Shown in pieces: positions 1-7,577 of a stretch of 44,686 nucleotides of DNA. The stretch comes from a virus. Its lineage: Duplodnaviria; Caudoviricetes. A program made the translations under genes and the position numbers. Positions within the stretch are counted from its first letter, which is position 1. Each line of letters opens with the position of its first letter. The notes under the pieces are model-generated. The model made no database searches. It saw only the letters and a program-made list of their open reading frames with translations, and was not told where the DNA came from. The DNA lies in IMG/VR virus record IMGVR_UViG_3300032233_000392, positions 1 through 44,686 of that record, one strand, 5' to 3'.

Positions 1-1
1 A

Positions 2-424
2 ATGAGCATGACTAAAGAATGGAGTCACATACCAAACTCCGAGCATATTGACTGGGTGTTGGATACACTAAAGAAAAACCCAGAGGTGTGGGGCGCTGCG
101 TGGAATGATGTGTGGGATGCTGCGAAAGATGCTGTGTGTAGTGCGAGGGATGCTGAAAGGGGTGATGTGTGGGATGCTGCAAGGGGTGATGTGTGGGATG
201 CTGCTTGGGATGCTGCGAGGAATGCTGCGAGGAATGATGCGTGGGATGCTACGGGGGGTGCTATTGCTGCACTTATTGCTTGGGATGAATCTAGTGAATT
301 ACTAACTATGCCCATAACGCATGTTGAAAGACTAGCTAAATTAGAAATGCCCGCAGCAATACTACTACTGCCCGCAGTTATTGTTAAACATAACCTGACA
401 TTTGTCAGAAACAAGGGAGAATGA
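2..424 (+). CDS. Phage protein with Ala/Trp/Asp-rich 4-residue repeats (DAAW/DAAR type)
   Basis: Translation contains DVWDAARGDVWDAAWDAARNAARNDAWDA; start could be ATG 2 or 8. Confidence 0.75.
   Translation: MSMTKEWSHIPNSEHIDWVLDTLKKNPEVWGAAWNDVWDAAKDAVCSARDAERGDVWDAARGDVWDAAWDAARNAARNDAWDATGGAIAALIAWDESSELLTMPITHVERLAKLEMPAAILLLPAVIVKHNLTFVRNKGE
87..250 (+). repeat. Degenerate 12/24-nt tandem repeat inside the first ORF
   Basis: GGGATGCT at 114, 147, 171, 195, 207, 243; GGTGATGTGTGGGATGCTGC at 161 and 185. Confidence 0.85.
395..408. promoter_or_regulatory. Palindromic operator-like site CTGACA-TT-TGTCAG
   Basis: Same palindrome recurs at 1532 and 2711; lies just upstream of the RBS of the next gene. 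Confidence 0.6.
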
Positions 425-425
425 T

Positions 426-647
426 ATGTATATTGATATAACCATAGCACTTGCATGTATTTACGGTGGGTTAGCAACAGCAGTTGCCCTGCATTACAGA
501 GAACAATATAAACGCGCATTTGATACCGGAAAGATGCTGACGTATATGATGCACAAGGTAGCTAATAAGGAAGTAGAGATAATCATGGACTCCGATGGTG
601 ATCTAGCGGCTAGACCAATAAACAAAGAGAAGGAGGTAACAGTATGA
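426..647 (+). CDS. Small membrane-anchored hypothetical protein
   Basis: ATG 426 follows AAGGGAG; N-terminal hydrophobic helix ITIALACIYGGLATAVAL; ATGA overlap with next gene. Confidence 0.7.
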   Translation: MYIDITIALACIYGGLATAVALHYREQYKRAFDTGKMLTYMMHKVANKEVEIIMDSDGDLAARPINKEKEVTV

Positions 648-1459
648 GTTACGCAAATATTAAATTAGTTTATAAAGATGTCGAGTTACCTATATTGCCG
701 TTCATGAAGAATTTTATTGAGACGCTAGCATTGAAGCACCCGAACTGGATGTTTGAAGGGGCGTTCATAAAGGGTGTGCGTTTAACAGGAGACGATGGGG
801 TTTACGCAAGGTATGCTAATAATTTCAAAGTAATAGAGAAGCGTGAACTTATTGGCACTATTGGTTACACTTCAAGCGCAAGGGGTAGTGATGGGTTTAT
901 GATTAGTAATAAACGTATCAAAAATGGGCGGGAACGAGGAAATTGTATAATTACGAAGGATGAGAAGAAAGCTATTCGCCATATTGATAAATGGTTTTAT
1001 CGTGAAACAGTTGCGGAACTTATGGCTAGTCAAGTAACCTTAGCCAATCGAAAAGTGTATGCGGCAATGGATTCCCATAGAAGTGATGTTGCGGGGGATT
1101 TTCAAAAATTGAATGACCCCATTAAACAGTTTATATTGAGTAACTTTGATGTGTTCATTAAGACTTTGCATAGTAATGAAGAGGTGCAGACCGCAGAAAA
1201 TCTACCAAAGAAAATAGAAGAAGCATGTTCGCTACGGGAGATACATGATAAAACAGCAAGTAATGATGGGTTTATAATTACTATACTAGAGACAGGTAAT
1301 TACGCTATACAAAAAGGCATGGATATATCCGTTAAGTCTAGCGAAGAACTGGATAGCGACATGCGTAGAAAACTGGGTATGCTTAAGTTAGTAAGTGTAG
1401 AGGTTGGCATATCAGGTGTTGGGTTTAGATGTAGCGATACTACATTTGTGGTAATCTAA
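644..1459 (+). CDS. Hypothetical phage protein (271 aa)
   Basis: Strong SD AAGGAGGT upstream, long ORF in tightly packed operon. Confidence 0.8.
   Translation: MSYANIKLVYKDVELPILPFMKNFIETLALKHPNWMFEGAFIKGVRLTGDDGVYARYANNFKVIEKRELIGTIGYTSSARGSDGFMISNKRIKNGRERGNCIITKDEKKAIRHIDKWFYRETVAELMASQVTLANRKVYAAMDSHRSDVAGDFQKLNDPIKQFILSNFDVFIKTLHSNEEVQTAENLPKKIEEACSLREIHDKTASNDGFIITILETGNYAIQKGMDISVKSSEELDSDMRRKLGMLKLVSVEVGISGVGFRCSDTTFVVI
752..776 (+). repeat. 25-bp exact direct repeat, copy 1 (intragenic)
   Basis: TTTGAAGGGGCGTTCATAAAGGGTG identical to 1858-1882. Confidence 0.95.
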
Positions 1460-1478
1460 CTAAAATTAGGAGACGGGA

Positions 1479-1697
1479 ATGAATATAATACAAAGAATAC
1501 GCGAATATAAAAATGCAAGCCAAGACGAAAACCTGACAAATGTCAGGAAAAGGACATTAATAGGTGAGCCTAAGTCTACGTTCGTATACACAAGCGGTGC
1601 TGACGTCATGGCTACGTTTCGTAAACATGGGTTTGTCCCACCTAGTGAGGTTAGAACTGATTACCTATTTGGAAGTAATAGAAGGAGAGAGTCATGA
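1479..1697 (+). CDS. Small hypothetical phage protein
   Basis: SD AGGAG upstream; ATGA overlap with next gene. Confidence 0.75.
   Translation: MNIIQRIREYKNASQDENLTNVRKRTLIGEPKSTFVYTSGADVMATFRKHGFVPPSEVRTDYLFGSNRRRES
1532..1547. promoter_or_regulatory. Palindromic operator-like site CCTGACA-AA-TGTCAGG
   Basis: 7-bp inverted arms; same core as 395 and 2711. Confidence 0.6.
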
Positions 1698-1855
1698 GAA
1701 CTCTTGGGAGTAAGAATAAAACACCTAAGCAAGTATACGTATCGTTTCGTATACCACAAAAGATGGCTGACTATTTGAATCTGTTTCCATCACGCAGTAA
1801 AAAGCTGCGAGAGATTATAGAAGAGCATATGGGGAAAGTTAGTAAAGATACATAG
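1694..1855 (+). CDS. Ribbon-helix-helix (Arc/CopG-like) DNA-binding protein, 53 aa, absent from the ORF track
   Basis: SD AAGGAG; MRTLGSKNKTPKQVYVSFRIPQKMADYLNLFPSRSKKLREIIEEHMGKVSKDT has an alternating strand (VYVSFRIP) followed by two amphipathic helices. Confidence 0.65.
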   Translation: MRTLGSKNKTPKQVYVSFRIPQKMADYLNLFPSRSKKLREIIEEHMGKVSKDT

Positions 1856-1857
1856 TA

Positions 1858-1882
1858 TTTGAAGGGGCGTTCATAAAGGGTG
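1858..1882 (+). repeat. 25-bp exact direct repeat, copy 2 (intergenic)
   Basis: Identical to 752-776. Confidence 0.95.
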
Positions 1883-2046
1883 GCGGCTATAATTATCTGG
1901 TAGATGTATTAGCCTAACCACTACTCTGTCTAGTAAGCCCCTACAGGAATTTGTATTACTAGACAGATACTCCGTTGGCTCTAAGAGGGGGTAGAGTGCA
2001 ATCTACCATTCCCCCTCGCCCACACCCACACCTTCTAGTGCCCCTT
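1862..2046 (+). ncRNA. Candidate structured non-coding RNA (multi-branch)
   Basis: Closing stem 1862-1871/2037-2046; hairpins 1885-1914, 1925-1936/1956-1967 (perfect 12 bp) and 1985-2017 (GGTAGA-GTGCAA-TCTACC); longest non-coding gap in the window; strand assumed from G-U pairs and context. Confidence 0.55.
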
Positions 2047-2072
2047 GACAAAGTCAAATACTGTGATACACT
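2045..2072 (+). promoter_or_regulatory. Sigma70-type promoter with palindromic -35
   Basis: TTGACA (2045-2050), 16-nt spacer, TGn extended -10 TACACT (2067-2072); TTGAC-AAA-GTCAA dyad; SD AGGAGG before ATG 2101. Confidence 0.7.
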
Positions 2073-2100
2073 AGCCCCTTAACCGTAATAGGAGGCTTAA

Positions 2101-2442
2101 ATGTTATCACCGCGCATGGAAAATGCCCTCGATCTAGCTAACAAATGTTGGGAAAAAGCATACGCTATCGAACCCGAGTTTGTAGAAAAATACTTAGCGC
2201 TATCAGAGCAATTGCTTGCCCAAAAACCATTAGTAACTGGCGATGAGTTTAGAGAGTATTGTCGTGATAATGGGCTACGTAGACCCTCTGCATTACACCC
2301 TAACGTGTGGGTATCAGGTGTGCGCGTTCTTAAACATTTAGGTTGGTTAGAACGTGTGGGTAAAGTTGAGCCTGTCAAAGCACACAATCATATGCCTAGT
2401 GTAACGCTATGGAAAAGCAAGATATATGGCACACACCCCTGA
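2101..2442 (+). CDS. Hypothetical phage protein (possible winged helix)
   Basis: Strong SD, downstream of promoter. Confidence 0.75.
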   Translation: MLSPRMENALDLANKCWEKAYAIEPEFVEKYLALSEQLLAQKPLVTGDEFREYCRDNGLRRPSALHPNVWVSGVRVLKHLGWLERVGKVEPVKAHNHMPSVTLWKSKIYGTHP

Positions 2443-2740
2443 GAAAAAAGTAAAGATTAAAGTCACCACGCTATTGAAGTCTTATGGCGTATATTTCTTT
2501 TCGCCCGTTACCGGTGGCTATGGTAGCTCTGGTGTGCCTGATATCGTTTGCTGCGTGAATGGCTTTTTCTTAGCCGTTGAATGTAAAGCAGGTAAAGGCA
2601 AGACTACTGCACTACAAGACTTGAACATAGCTCGCATTAAAGACTGTGGTGGTATTGCGTTAGTCATAAATGAATTAAACATAGATGAACTTGATAAACT
2701 TTTAGGAATACTGACAAATGTCAGGAAGGAGAGAACATGA
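2426..2740 (+). CDS. VRR-NUC family PD-(D/E)XK nuclease (resolvase-like)
   Basis: TPEKKV...GVPDI...FLAVECKA...TALQ motif order. Confidence 0.85.
   Translation: MAHTPEKKVKIKVTTLLKSYGVYFFSPVTGGYGSSGVPDIVCCVNGFFLAVECKAGKGKTTALQDLNIARIKDCGGIALVINELNIDELDKLLGILTNVRKERT
2711..2724. promoter_or_regulatory. Palindromic operator-like site CTGACA-AA-TGTCAG
   Basis: Third copy; directly upstream of SD AAGGAG of next gene. Confidence 0.6.
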
Positions 2741-3162
2741 CTGCAGAGATAAATCAAGGTATTAGAATTTTGTTAGAACGTATGAAGTCTAACCCTGAGG
2801 AATTTGAGGTTGATCGGGTGCGATCTACAGAGGGGATATACAGGTTTAGGAATAATAAATGGAATTTTATTCACGAGTATATCAGAGGGGATTCGTGGGT
2901 TACCGCAGAAGAACGTAAGCTATTACTAGACGGTATTAGTAAAGTGCAAGCTGATGCGTTCACAAGAAACGTAATGGCTACGCTACTAAAAGATGAAGAA
3001 TTGGAGCCTTATATAAGTCCTGAGGCTGTTTTTAACACGCACACATTCAAAGCCAGCGACATCACCGCCAACATGCTTGTTGGAAATCAACGGCTATCAC
3101 TACGTCAGCATTTAGACGCTAACAACAGCAACAGCGGGAACTATCATAGTAAAGAAAGATGA
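2737..3162 (+). CDS. Hypothetical phage protein
   Basis: SD AAGGAG, ATGA overlaps at both ends. Confidence 0.75.
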   Translation: MTAEINQGIRILLERMKSNPEEFEVDRVRSTEGIYRFRNNKWNFIHEYIRGDSWVTAEERKLLLDGISKVQADAFTRNVMATLLKDEELEPYISPEAVFNTHTFKASDITANMLVGNQRLSLRQHLDANNSNSGNYHSKER

Positions 3163-5012
3163 GAGCCTTTATGGATATTTTTTGTATAGACTTTGAAACC
3201 TACTACGACAAAGACTTTAGCTTAAGCAAGCTAACTACCGAAGAGTATATTAGGGCTAAGGATTTTGAAGTCATTGGCGTAGCGGTTCAACGCAAGGATG
3301 AAGAGCCTGTATGGTTCAGTGGCACACAAGAAAAGACTAAGAAGTGGCTAGAACAATTTAATTTTGCAGACCATGCGGTGATTGCACATAATGCAGTATT
3401 TGATATGGCTATTCTTAATTGGCACTTTGATATCCGCCCTAAAATAATTGTGGATACTCTGTCTATGGCTAGGGCGTTACATGGAACAGAAGTTGGCGGT
3501 AGCCTTAAAGTGTTAGCAGAACATTACAATCTTGGGGTGAAAGGCACAGAAGTTTTAGATGCTAAGGGCAAGCAACGCATAGACTTTAACGCTGAAGATT
3601 TGGCAAGCTATGGTGAGTATTGCCGTAATGATGTGCGACTTACTATGGATTTGTTTAAGCAGCTAAGTGGAGACTTTCCGTTATTTGAATACAAGCTGAT
3701 TGATCTAACCATACGTATGTTTACTGAGCCAGTGCTAGAACTAGACAGGGCAAGTTTAGTACGACTTCTAGAAGAGATACATATTACTAAAAACGCATTA
3801 TTACTTAGAGCCACATCCAATAGGGAGTCACTATTAAGTAACGCTAAGTTTGCACAGGAGTTAGAGTCGCTTGGAGTTACGTGCCCTATAAAGATTAGTC
3901 CTACGACCGGCAAAGAGACTTGGGCATTATCTAAAAATGATGAAGAGTTTAAGGCGTTATTAGAACACGAGAACCCCATAGTGCAAGCACTAGCCTCCGC
4001 TAGAATAGGTATTAAGTCTACGTTGGAAGAGACAAGAACTATGCGGTTTATGGACATAGAGGCGCGGGGCGCACTACCAATACCACTACGCTACTACGCC
4101 GCACACACAGGTAGATGGGGCGGGGATGACAAGATCAATATGCAGAACTTGGGGCGTAAATCTAATTTGAAGTATGCGATACGTGCACCAGATGGATACT
4201 TCCTTATAGACGCTGACTCTAGCCAAATAGAAGCAAGAACTTTAGCGTGGCTGGCGAGTCAGAATGATTTAGTTGATGCGTTTGAGCGCGGTGAGGATGT
4301 GTATAAGATTATGGCTAGTGCTATATACAACAAGCCAGTTGGAGAGATTACATCAGATGAACGGTTTGTTGGTAAGACCACAATTTTAGGATGTGGCTAC
4401 GGTATGGGTAACAAGAAGTTTCGGATACAGTTAAAGACATTCAATGTTGATTTATCCGAAGAAGAATGCGAAAGGATTATTAAAGTTTATCGTGAAACTT
4501 ACGATTGGGTACCCGCCCTTTGGAAGAGAGCTTCTACTACGTTAGATGCAATGATTGAGAATAAGACTATATCAATAGGCAGAGATAAAATATTAGTAGT
4601 TGATGGTAAGAAAGGTATACGGCTACCTAATGGTATGTATATTAAGTATCCTAATCTAAGAAAGGTTGATAAAGATAACGGGGGTTATGAGTATGTGTAT
4701 GACGTAAAGAAAGGTAAGAGCACATACCCTAGCAGGATATATGGCGGTAAGGTAATTGAGAATGTATGCCAAGCATTAGCCCGTATCATTATTGGTGAAC
4801 AGATGCTTATGATTAACAAGAAATACAAAGTTGTAATGACCGTTCACGATGCAGTTGCTTGCATAGTACCAGAGCATGAGTTAGCTACAGCTAGAGAGTA
4901 TGTTGTTATGTGCATGAGGATGCGACCGAAATGGGCTATGGAGTTACCACTAAATTGTGAATCAGGCGTGGGTACCACTTATGGACATTGTAGTGCAAAG
5001 GAGGCTATATGA
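3159..5012 (+). CDS. polA: Family A DNA polymerase with 3'-5' exonuclease domain
   Basis: Exo motifs IDFET, HNAVFD, YCRND; HTGRWGG; motif A DSSQIEAR; motif B RFVGKTTILGCGYG; motif C VHDA. Confidence 0.95.
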   Translation: MRAFMDIFCIDFETYYDKDFSLSKLTTEEYIRAKDFEVIGVAVQRKDEEPVWFSGTQEKTKKWLEQFNFADHAVIAHNAVFDMAILNWHFDIRPKIIVDTLSMARALHGTEVGGSLKVLAEHYNLGVKGTEVLDAKGKQRIDFNAEDLASYGEYCRNDVRLTMDLFKQLSGDFPLFEYKLIDLTIRMFTEPVLELDRASLVRLLEEIHITKNALLLRATSNRESLLSNAKFAQELESLGVTCPIKISPTTGKETWALSKNDEEFKALLEHENPIVQALASARIGIKSTLEETRTMRFMDIEARGALPIPLRYYAAHTGRWGGDDKINMQNLGRKSNLKYAIRAPDGYFLIDADSSQIEARTLAWLASQNDLVDAFERGEDVYKIMASAIYNKPVGEITSDERFVGKTTILGCGYGMGNKKFRIQLKTFNVDLSEEECERIIKVYRETYDWVPALWKRASTTLDAMIENKTISIGRDKILVVDGKKGIRLPNGMYIKYPNLRKVDKDNGGYEYVYDVKKGKSTYPSRIYGGKVIENVCQALARIIIGEQMLMINKKYKVVMTVHDAVACIVPEHELATAREYVVMCMRMRPKWAMELPLNCESGVGTTYGHCSAKEAI

Positions 5013-5221
5013 TTGAAGATAATGAGTTGAGAGATTTCTTTGCGGCGTTTGCTATGAATGGGATTATTGCTAGAGGTGGATTACATCCTGAACTTATGCC
5101 TGAAGAAGCAGTGGCTAGAAGAGCTTATGAAGTGGCAGACGAGATGATAAAAGCACGTAAACAAAAAGAACCAGAAGCGGGGTTAGCGGCAATTAAAACA
5201 CGGAGAAAGAAAGATGAATAG
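5009..5221 (+). CDS. Small conserved phage protein
   Basis: LRDFFAAFAM...AYEVADEM pattern common in small phage ORFs; SD GGAGG. Confidence 0.75.
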   Translation: MIEDNELRDFFAAFAMNGIIARGGLHPELMPEEAVARRAYEVADEMIKARKQKEPEAGLAAIKTRRKKDE

Positions 5222-5375
5222 GATACAGATGGCAAGTAAAGTAAAGAATTTAATGCAGGAGTTGTTAGATGTAACTGTAACAGAGCATATGGAAGGTAAG
5301 TTTTATAAAGATGCTGACATGATTTGGAATGAGATCGTGGGGTTATTAGACGAGATGGTTAAGGAGAAAGAATGA
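5214..5375 (+). CDS. Small hypothetical protein, 53 aa (absent from ORF track)
   Basis: MNRIQMASKV...VKEKE; SD GGAG; overlaps both neighbours. Confidence 0.65.
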   Translation: MNRIQMASKVKNLMQELLDVTVTEHMEGKFYKDADMIWNEIVGLLDEMVKEKE

Positions 5376-5545
5376 CACGAGATGAAGCATGGCAGAAGTT
5401 TTGCGAAGAGAAGATGCCAACCAGAAGGGGTTATGTATACCCAATAGAAGGTGCATTTTGGGATTGTTGGGTAATGGCGTGGCGAGCAGGTTATCTTGAG
5501 GGGTTGAAGTCAATAACGAAGGACAAGGAGTATCTCAATGACTAA
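5372..5545 (+). CDS. Small Trp-rich hypothetical protein, 57 aa (absent from ORF track)
   Basis: MTRDEAWQKF...AFWDCWVMAWRAGY; SD AAGGAG, ATGA overlap. Confidence 0.65.
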   Translation: MTRDEAWQKFCEEKMPTRRGYVYPIEGAFWDCWVMAWRAGYLEGLKSITKDKEYLND

Positions 5546-5708
5546 AGAACCGACAGGTTGGATAATAAAAAAAGGTGAAGATCAAGCAGAGGAAATAATG
5601 ATTGATTACCTACTACTTAAGGTTCAACAGAAAGACTGGCATGGCGTGTCAGATGCAGCTAATGACCTGCGAGAGATGAGCGCACGAAAGGAGAAGAACG
5701 GTGACTAA
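5538..5708 (+). CDS. Small hypothetical protein, 56 aa (absent from ORF track)
   Basis: MTKEPTGW...DWHGVSDAANDLRE; SD AAGGAG. Confidence 0.65.
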   Translation: MTKEPTGWIIKKGEDQAEEIMIDYLLLKVQQKDWHGVSDAANDLREMSARKEKNGD

Positions 5709-5880
5709 ACGTGAATGGCAGATTGAGATGGCAAACCGGTTCGCTAAACGTAACAATGTAAAAGAACTAACAGATGAAGAAATTAGTGCGGTGTGGTTAT
5801 CAAAAAAATATGATGGTGAACACTTTGTTGACTACATTGAATTTGCTAGAGACCTATTAAGAAAGGCACAAGAGAAATGA
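5701..5880 (+). CDS. Small hypothetical protein, 59 aa, GTG start (absent from ORF track)
   Basis: SD AAGGAG; ...ELTDEEI...FARDLLRKAQEK; ATGA overlap with next gene. Confidence 0.65.
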   Translation: MTKREWQIEMANRFAKRNNVKELTDEEISAVWLSKKYDGEHFVDYIEFARDLLRKAQEK

Positions 5881-6392
5881 CTAAAAATGAAATCATTGAA
5901 CTGGCTAGACAGGCTGGCGTTAGAGATGACGAGCATATCTTTGAATTTAGCCAATACAAATACCTTGAAGCCTTTGCCAGACTGGTAGCAGAGAAAGAGT
6001 GCTATAAAAGGTTAGCAGATGCTAGCGAGATGGCATCAAACCCTATGGGCGTAAAAAGTAGAGAAGCGCTAAGAAATGTACGAGAAATGAAAACAATCAT
6101 GACTAAAGACGAAGCCTTGGCACAGCCAGAGCAGGAACCGGTGGCGTGGATGAATGATAGTACACCATCAGGAATATTTGCAAGGCACATGGAGGGTGCA
6201 AAGAACTTTGGTTGCACTATTCCCCTCTACACCGCCCCACCACAGCGCATATGGGTAGGTAAAGGGTTAAAGAAAGTTACAGAAACATTCTATGAGTTAA
6301 GGCATGGGATAGATATACCGGTTGAACCTACTCGTTTCCCCAAAGAATATTGGGTTCACGCTACAGTTTATGAAAAGGTTGAAGATGAATGA
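5877..6392 (+). CDS. Mosaic hypothetical phage protein
   Basis: Modules MTKNEIIELARQAG..AFARLVAEKE and ALAQPEQEPVAW..PLYTAPPQR; internal in-frame ATGACTAAA at 6099. Confidence 0.7.
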   Translation: MTKNEIIELARQAGVRDDEHIFEFSQYKYLEAFARLVAEKECYKRLADASEMASNPMGVKSREALRNVREMKTIMTKDEALAQPEQEPVAWMNDSTPSGIFARHMEGAKNFGCTIPLYTAPPQRIWVGKGLKKVTETFYELRHGIDIPVEPTRFPKEYWVHATVYEKVEDE

Positions 6393-6588
6393 CACAGTTA
6401 ATCACCCTAAGCATTACACAAAACATCCCAGTGGGGTTGAGTGCATCCAGATAACAGAGCATATGAACTTCTGTCTTGGTAACGCAATCAAGTATATATG
6501 GCGGGCTGATTTAAAAAATGATTCCGTTGAAGATTTAAAGAAAGCTATTTGGTATATCAACAGAGAAATTGAAAGAAGAAAAGCATGA
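6385..6588 (+). CDS. DUF3310 (SaV / T7 gp1.7-like) protein
   Basis: DTVNHPKHY...ECI...GNAIKYIWRA..K...EDLKKAIWY. Confidence 0.9.
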   Translation: MNDTVNHPKHYTKHPSGVECIQITEHMNFCLGNAIKYIWRADLKNDSVEDLKKAIWYINREIERRKA

Positions 6589-6752
6589 GTGAACCACAAG
6601 ACCACAGCTTAAACGGAACTAGATTTTGTAGTAGCTGTAGGTTAGTAAAACATGTTATAGGTGGTACATATATTATAGTAAATAAAGGTAAAAGCAGGAG
6701 ATGGAAGTGTGCAGATTGTAGACAGCTTGCAAAAGAGAGGGAAAACAAATGA
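6585..6752 (+). CDS. Small zinc-ribbon protein, 55 aa (absent from ORF track)
   Basis: RFCSSC...RRWKCADC; ATGA overlaps at both ends. Confidence 0.7.
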   Translation: MSEPQDHSLNGTRFCSSCRLVKHVIGGTYIIVNKGKSRRWKCADCRQLAKERENK

Positions 6753-7369
6753 GTGATTATAGAATAGAAGTTAAAGTAAAGAACGCTAACATACTTAGAG
6801 CAATAAAGAAAAAAGGGTACGATAACGTCAATAGGTTTTGCGTTGCTAATAATTTTTCACCAAAATCTTTTGGGGATTATGTTAATTTAAAAAGATCACC
6901 GGTAAATAAACACGGTGATTGGGTGCCTTTTGTAATAAAAGTAGCTGAGGCGCTTGATGTAATGCCTAGTGATTTGTTTTCACATGAGCAATTAATACCA
7001 CTAGATAACAACAAGTCATCTGCTGATGTGTCTATGGAAGATATTGGAACACTATTACCCGCACCAATGAAAAGCCCACTTAAATTGGTGTTAGAACAAG
7101 ATGCGAAGGTAACTGTGGATGCTGCACTAGAAGGATTATTAACTGAACGTGAAGCTAAAGTATTACGTGCTTTATCTGGTATAGACCAAGAACCTAAAAC
7201 TTGGAGGCAGATTGGTGAAGAGCTTGATATTAGCCACCAACGGGTTAGGCAGATAGAAGCAAGAGCACTTCGTAAATTACGCACAGCAGATAGTTGGCAT
7301 AGAACCGCCCCCAATTATTTGAGAGATGCCTTAAAATCATTTGAGGACGCTGACAATGACTACCAATAA
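6749..7369 (+). CDS. Transcription regulator: N-terminal XRE-like HTH plus C-terminal sigma70 region 4 domain
   Basis: LTEREAKVL...TWRQIGEELDISHQRVRQIEARALRKLR closely matches RpoD region 4.2; N-terminal KVAEALDVMPSDLF is XRE-like. Confidence 0.8.
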   Translation: MSDYRIEVKVKNANILRAIKKKGYDNVNRFCVANNFSPKSFGDYVNLKRSPVNKHGDWVPFVIKVAEALDVMPSDLFSHEQLIPLDNNKSSADVSMEDIGTLLPAPMKSPLKLVLEQDAKVTVDAALEGLLTEREAKVLRALSGIDQEPKTWRQIGEELDISHQRVRQIEARALRKLRTADSWHRTAPNYLRDALKSFEDADNDYQ

Positions 7370-7577
7370 AGAAGCCGCAAACGCTAGAAAAGAATTAAGG
7401 AAAGTGCTTATAGAGGAGAGGCGTATTCGGGATAGAAACAAAGATGTAAGGACTACTGTTTGGTTTATCCGCACGTTGCCAGAAGGTCAAGTACCACAGA
7501 AAGAAGCTTGTTTACTGCAGGACTATTGGCATACCGCAGGTGAACCCTACGTAGCGGAAGAGTGTGATGTGGTATGA
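7356..7577 (+). CDS. Small hypothetical protein
   Basis: ATG 7356 after GAGG; fills the gap between neighbours. Confidence 0.6.
   Translation: MTTNKEAANARKELRKVLIEERRIRDRNKDVRTTVWFIRTLPEGQVPQKEACLLQDYWHTAGEPYVAEECDVV

Noticed and set aside
752-1882. Diversity-generating retroelement or retron
   Set aside because: Repeat is only 25 bp and identical, with no adenine-specific differences; no reverse transcriptase in the window
1985-2017. tRNA gene suggested by a T-loop-like GTGCAATC
   Set aside because: No acceptor stem, D arm or anticodon arm at tRNA spacing
87-2724. CRISPR or TIGR-type array from the GGGATGCT and CTGACA repeats
   Set aside because: No regular repeat-spacer periodicity; repeats are in-frame coding or widely scattered; no Cas or Nop-domain gene seen
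6749-7369. Complete phage sigma factor
   Set aside because: Only region 4 is recognisable; no region 2 motif
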